Source: Azolla caroliniana
Lineage: Eukaryota; Plantae; Polypodiophyta
Length of the DNA stretch: 63,298 bases
Direction of reading: 5' to 3'
Assembly (NCBI GenBank): GCA_043228905.1
Contig: JBHGNT010000162.1
Location: 1-63,298 of the forward strand
The notes beneath the pieces are model-generated. The model worked only from the letters and a program-made list of their open reading frames with translations. It had not been told where the DNA came from and did no database searches. Within the stretch, counting starts at the first letter, position 1. Each line of letters opens with the position of its first letter. Shown here piece after piece: positions 59,790 through 63,298 of the stretch. The position numbers and the translations under genes are program-made.

Positions 59790-59902
59790 TTAGAAGCGAC
59801 GAATACAAGCACGAGGGCGAAGATCGCACTGTTGGAGTAGGCGGGAGGCGGCGACGCCTAGAGCTCTTTCCTCGTCATCGGCCTTGAATTGGCGACGTTG
59901 TT
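59790..59902 (-). pseudogene. 2S albumin-like gene, copy 32: 3' end only, interrupted by a Copia insertion
   Basis: Matches the last ~37 codons (QQRRQFKADDEE...CIRRF stop); homology ends at 59902 where the LTR TGTTGGGA starts. Confidence 0.9.
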
Positions 59903-60593
59903 TGTTGGGATTTCGGTCCCTCCGGATGGGATGTCCGGATGATGAAGACCCCGGTTACGGAGCCGGATGAAGAGTACCCGGATACGGATCCGGATGATGA
60001 AGACCCCGGTTACGGAGCCGGATGAAGAGTACCCGGATACGGATCCGGATGATGAAGACCCCGGTTACGGAGCCGGATGAAGAGTACCCGGATACGGATC
60101 CGGATGATGAAGACCCCGGTTACGGAGCCGGATGAAGAGTACCCGGATACGGATTCGGATGCGGGGACATATTTGTGAATATGTTTGCTAAGAGCCCTTG
60201 TGGCTATATTTGTAAATAGCCCGAAAGTCATATATGTATAAATATGACTTAGGGCAAACAGTTTATGATGTTGCTTATTTTTTCATGAGAAGTGAGAGCA
60301 GCCGAGAGAGAGAGAGAGACGAAGAGGTCGTTGCCTCTGTGTATTACCGCCGCCTGTGGCGAAGACAGTGAGCTCAAGGTTGTTGCCTTGTAGCTTCACC
60401 AGTGTACATCCCTGTTCATAGTGATAGTTGGAGTTTGAGGACTCCCGTGGTTTTTCCCATTTAGGGTTTTCCACGTTAATCCCTGTGTCATCGTGTCCTT
60501 CTCTGTATTTCCTATTTTTCTGCTACATTGATCCGCGATTAATCGGTTGTGGCCGAGCGGTGAAGGTAAATCGGGGTGGTCGATTCCCTTACA
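59903..60593 (+). repeat. 5' LTR of the Copia element (~691 bp)
   Basis: Starts TGTTGGGA at the break in array homology and ends TCCCTTACA 3 nt before the PBS. TATAAATA at 60237-60244; (GA)n at about 60304-60319. Confidence 0.88.
59935..60154 (+). repeat. 4 x 55-bp perfect tandem repeat in LTR U3
   Basis: CCGGATGATGAAGACCCCGGTTACGGAGCCGGATGAAGAGTACCCGGATACGGAT starting at 59935, 59990, 60045 and 60100. Confidence 0.95.
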
Positions 60594-60596
60594 AAG

Positions 60597-60608
60597 TGGT
60601 ATCAGAGC
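60597..60608 (+). other. Primer binding site (tRNA-iMet)
   Basis: TGGTATCAGAGC, 3 nt after the LTR-terminal CA. Confidence 0.93.
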
Positions 60609-60622
60609 GACTGTTGCAGAAA

Positions 60623-61753
60623 ATGGAAGGCGGCGGCAGCGGGCAGCCGATGATGATGGTGCTGAATGCACAAAATTACGCCGACTGGAAGATCAAGATG
60701 GAGGATCTTCTGATTGTTCGGGACCTGTACGAACCGATTGACAGGTCGGAAATACCGAAAGGGGTACTTGAGTCGGAGTGGAAGCTCCTGAACCGGAAAG
60801 CCGTAGCGATGATCCGACAATATGTCGACGTAAGCGTCCTACAACATGTGGCGAACGACACCAACGCATACGAAATGTGGAAGAAGCTGTCGGGCCTCTA
60901 TGAGAGGAAGAATGCGTTGAACCGGACCTCCCTGATGAGGAAGATTGTGAATCTCAAGTACCGGGACGGCGAGAGTATGGTGGAACACGTAAGCACGTTC
61001 ATGGGATTCGTGAACCAGCTTGCGGCGATCAAGTTCCCGTTGGAGGATGCAATGCAAGCCATCATCCTGATGTGTACATTGCCGGACAGCTGGGAGAACT
61101 TGGTGGTGACTCTCAGCACCTCCTGCACGGAAGACAACTTGTCCCTACAAACGGTAAAGACAAGTATTCTAAATGAAGAAGCGCGTCGGAGAGATAAAGA
61201 ACCGGCCTCCGACTCGAAGGCGCTGCTTGCCGAATCGGAACGGGGAAGACAATGGAACCGGAGTCCGCAAAGACGGGAGAAGTCGGGGACCCGGTCGCAG
61301 TCAAGAGGAAGACCCACATGCTTCCACTGTGGGAAGCCGGGGCACTTCCGGAAGAATTGTCGGCATTACCGAAAAGACAACGGAGCCGACGACACCGATT
61401 CGAAGAAATCACCGGAGAGAAACGGTGCATACCGGGGAGCCACGGACCGGAGAGGTCCGGATCGGCGAGGGCAGGACCGGAAAGGAACGACGGCACTCGC
61501 GGCAAGTGAAGAAGAGATAATGCTTATTACCGAAGAGAGGGAGCTGAACCTTGCCGGTGTAGAGATGACCTGGGTGGTCGATTCCGGAGCGTCGTTCCAC
61601 CTGACCCCGGAGAAGAAATACTTCTCATCCTACACAGCCGGTGAGCACGGCTGTGTCCGGATGGGAAATGAAGGTACGTGCCGGATAGCCGGCATAGGAG
61701 ACGTGTGGTTGACAACCCCGACCGGATGCAAAATGCTGCTGAAGGATGTCTGA
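60623..61753 (+). CDS. gag: Copia Gag plus protease, ending at a premature TGA
   Basis: LNAQNYADWKIKMEDLL copia gag start, LPDSWENLV, zinc knuckle CFHCGKPGHFRKNC, protease WVVDSGASFH. First ATG after the PBS is at 60623. Confidence 0.88.
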   Translation: MEGGGSGQPMMMVLNAQNYADWKIKMEDLLIVRDLYEPIDRSEIPKGVLESEWKLLNRKAVAMIRQYVDVSVLQHVANDTNAYEMWKKLSGLYERKNALNRTSLMRKIVNLKYRDGESMVEHVSTFMGFVNQLAAIKFPLEDAMQAIILMCTLPDSWENLVVTLSTSCTEDNLSLQTVKTSILNEEARRRDKEPASDSKALLAESERGRQWNRSPQRREKSGTRSQSRGRPTCFHCGKPGHFRKNCRHYRKDNGADDTDSKKSPERNGAYRGATDRRGPDRRGQDRKGTTALAASEEEIMLITEERELNLAGVEMTWVVDSGASFHLTPEKKYFSSYTAGEHGCVRMGNEGTCRIAGIGDVWLTTPTGCKMLLKDV

Positions 61754-63298
61754 CACGTTCCGGAGGTTCGACTGAACCTGATTTCGGCCGGGAGGCTAGA
61801 CGATGAAGGCTACACAGGTAGCATCCGGAACGGTGTCATGAAGTTCAGCAAAGGGAGCTTGATAGTGGCTCGGGCCCGGAAGGTCAACACACTGTACCTG
61901 ATGAATGCCTGGTTATGTCCGGAAGAGCTGAATGTGGCAGCCGACACTGCCGGTGAGCTGTGGCACAAAAGACTGTGCCACATGAGTGAGAAGGGGATGA
62001 AGAGGCTTGCAGAAGACAACCTTATCCCAGTGAAGCATGTGCACCTGGAGAAGTGCACCGATTGCCTGGCCGGTAAACAGAACCGAACCTCCTTCCACTC
62101 AAGGCCACCGACGAGACGTAACGCACCATTGGAGTTGGTGCACACCGATGTGTGTCAGGTAGAAACGAAGTCACATGGCGGAGCCCAGTACTTCGTAACT
62201 TTCATAGATGATCATAGCCGAAGACTGTGGACGGCACCGTTGAAGACAAAGGACCAAGTATTGTCCGTCTTCAAAGAACTCCACGCGAGAGTGGAAAGGG
62301 AATCCGGCAAGAAGCTGAAAGCGATACGAGCGGATAACGGAGGGGAATACCGGGGGCAGTTCCAGGAGTACTGTCGCTCGAAGGGAATCCGACTCGAGTT
62401 TACTGTGCCGAAGACGCCGGAACTGAACGGGCTGGCCGAGAGGATGAACCGGACCATTATGGAGAGGGTCCGGAGTATGCTGGCGCATGCGAAATTACCC
62501 AAGGGGTTTTGGGCTGAGGCAATGTCGACGGCGACATATGTGATAAACAGATCACCCTCAGTACCTTTGGACGGAGACACGCCGCAGAGAGTGTGGACCG
62601 GTAAGGAAGTATCCTACCGGCATCTGAAGGTGTTCGGGTGTCTCGCATACGTGCATGTGGCAAAGGACCGGAGAGGAAAGCTAGATCCAAAGACCCGGCC
62701 ATGCATATTCCTCGGTTACGGCGACGACGAGTTCGGCTACCGAGTATGGGACCCGGTCGACAAGAAGATATTCAGGAGTCGTGATATCATCTTCATGGAG
62801 AACAAGACACTCGCCGACTGGGAGTCGGAGAAGAAGATGAAGAGCTCCAAGTCGACCGGTGAGGATCAACTCTACGAGGAGCAGTCCCGACCGGCAAGGG
62901 ACCGGTTAGCACTCGAGGACCCGGCCGAAGACGGTGAAGAAACAGAACCGGCCGAAGAAGATGAAAACGATACCGGAACCGGCCCCGATCCCGAAATGGA
63001 TTCGGATGAAGAAGAATCGGAAGAACCAGTTACCGAAGCTCCGGAACGGAGATATCCTCTAAGAGAGAGAAGGGCCCCCCGGAGATTTCCGGAACCAGAG
63101 CACGTGCTGCTAACCGACGAAGGGGAGCCGGAGAGCTTTGAAGAAGCAAAGCATGACACCCAGAGCCGCAGGTGGTTGAGTGCCATGCAGGACGAAATGG
63201 ATTCCTTGCATGAGAACCACACATATGAACTTGTGGAGTTGCCGAAAGGAAAGCGGGCACTTCGAAACAAGTGGGTGTTCAAGCTGAAACCGGGAGAT
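61754..63298 (+). pseudogene. pol: Copia Pol continuation (integrase, start of RT), in frame after the stop
   Basis: Manual translation: HVPEVRLNLISAGRL, LWHKRLCHMSEKG...CTDCLAGKQ, LELVHTDVC, FVTFIDDHSR, IRADNGGEY, NGLAERMNRTIME, LKVFGCLAYVHV, WLSAMQDEMDSL...NKWVFKLK. Confidence 0.9.

Larger units (their letters stand above)
7547..59902 (-). repeat. Tandem gene array of ~1.65-kb units (1652 bp main type; 1629, 1627, 1649 and 1650 variants), about 32 periods
   Basis: The ORF set recurs at a constant period (8671, 10323, ... 58140, 59790). Units differ by only a few SNPs or indels. Confidence 0.99.
59903..63298 (+). mobile_element. Ty1/Copia LTR retrotransposon (Tnt1-like), 5' part; continues past the window
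   Basis: TG...CA LTR, tRNA-iMet PBS, then gag-PR-integrase-RT order. Predicted TSD TTGTT (59898-59902) cannot be confirmed here. Confidence 0.96.

Noticed and set aside
60428-60622. N-terminal extension of the Copia gag ORF in the ORF track
   Set aside because: It starts at a TTG inside the LTR, upstream of the PBS; the plausible start is the ATG at 60623.
60010-63282. Minus-strand ORFs over the Copia element
   Set aside because: Antisense shadows of the GC-rich gag-pol frame and the LTR repeats, with no independent coding evidence.

Overview
Land-plant nuclear DNA with three parts. (1) 529-7546: a structurally complete Ty3/Gypsy chromovirus on the minus strand (two ~456-bp LTRs, tRNA-iMet PBS, PPT, gag-protease and RT-RH-INT-chromodomain ORFs). 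It has no target-site duplication, and its left flank (1-528) is an inverted piece of the array spacer. (2) 7547-59902: a ~52-kb head-to-tail array of a ~1.65-kb unit, nearly identical between copies. Each unit carries an intronless, secreted, Arg/Glu-rich 2S-albumin-like (prolamin superfamily) storage-protein gene of 261 aa with a TATA/RY/ABRE maturation-type promoter. There are 29 intact ORFs, 2 frameshifted copies and 2 end copies cut by retrotransposons. (3) 59903-end: a Tnt1-like Ty1/Copia element on the plus strand with 4x55-bp repeats in its LTR and one premature stop, running off the window. The most notable points are the rDNA-like amplification of a storage-protein gene, an albumin apparently lacking one disulfide pair, and a probable LTR-mediated inversion breakpoint. 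The host species cannot be determined from the sequence; a fern (matteuccin-type spore albumin) is possible but unverified.
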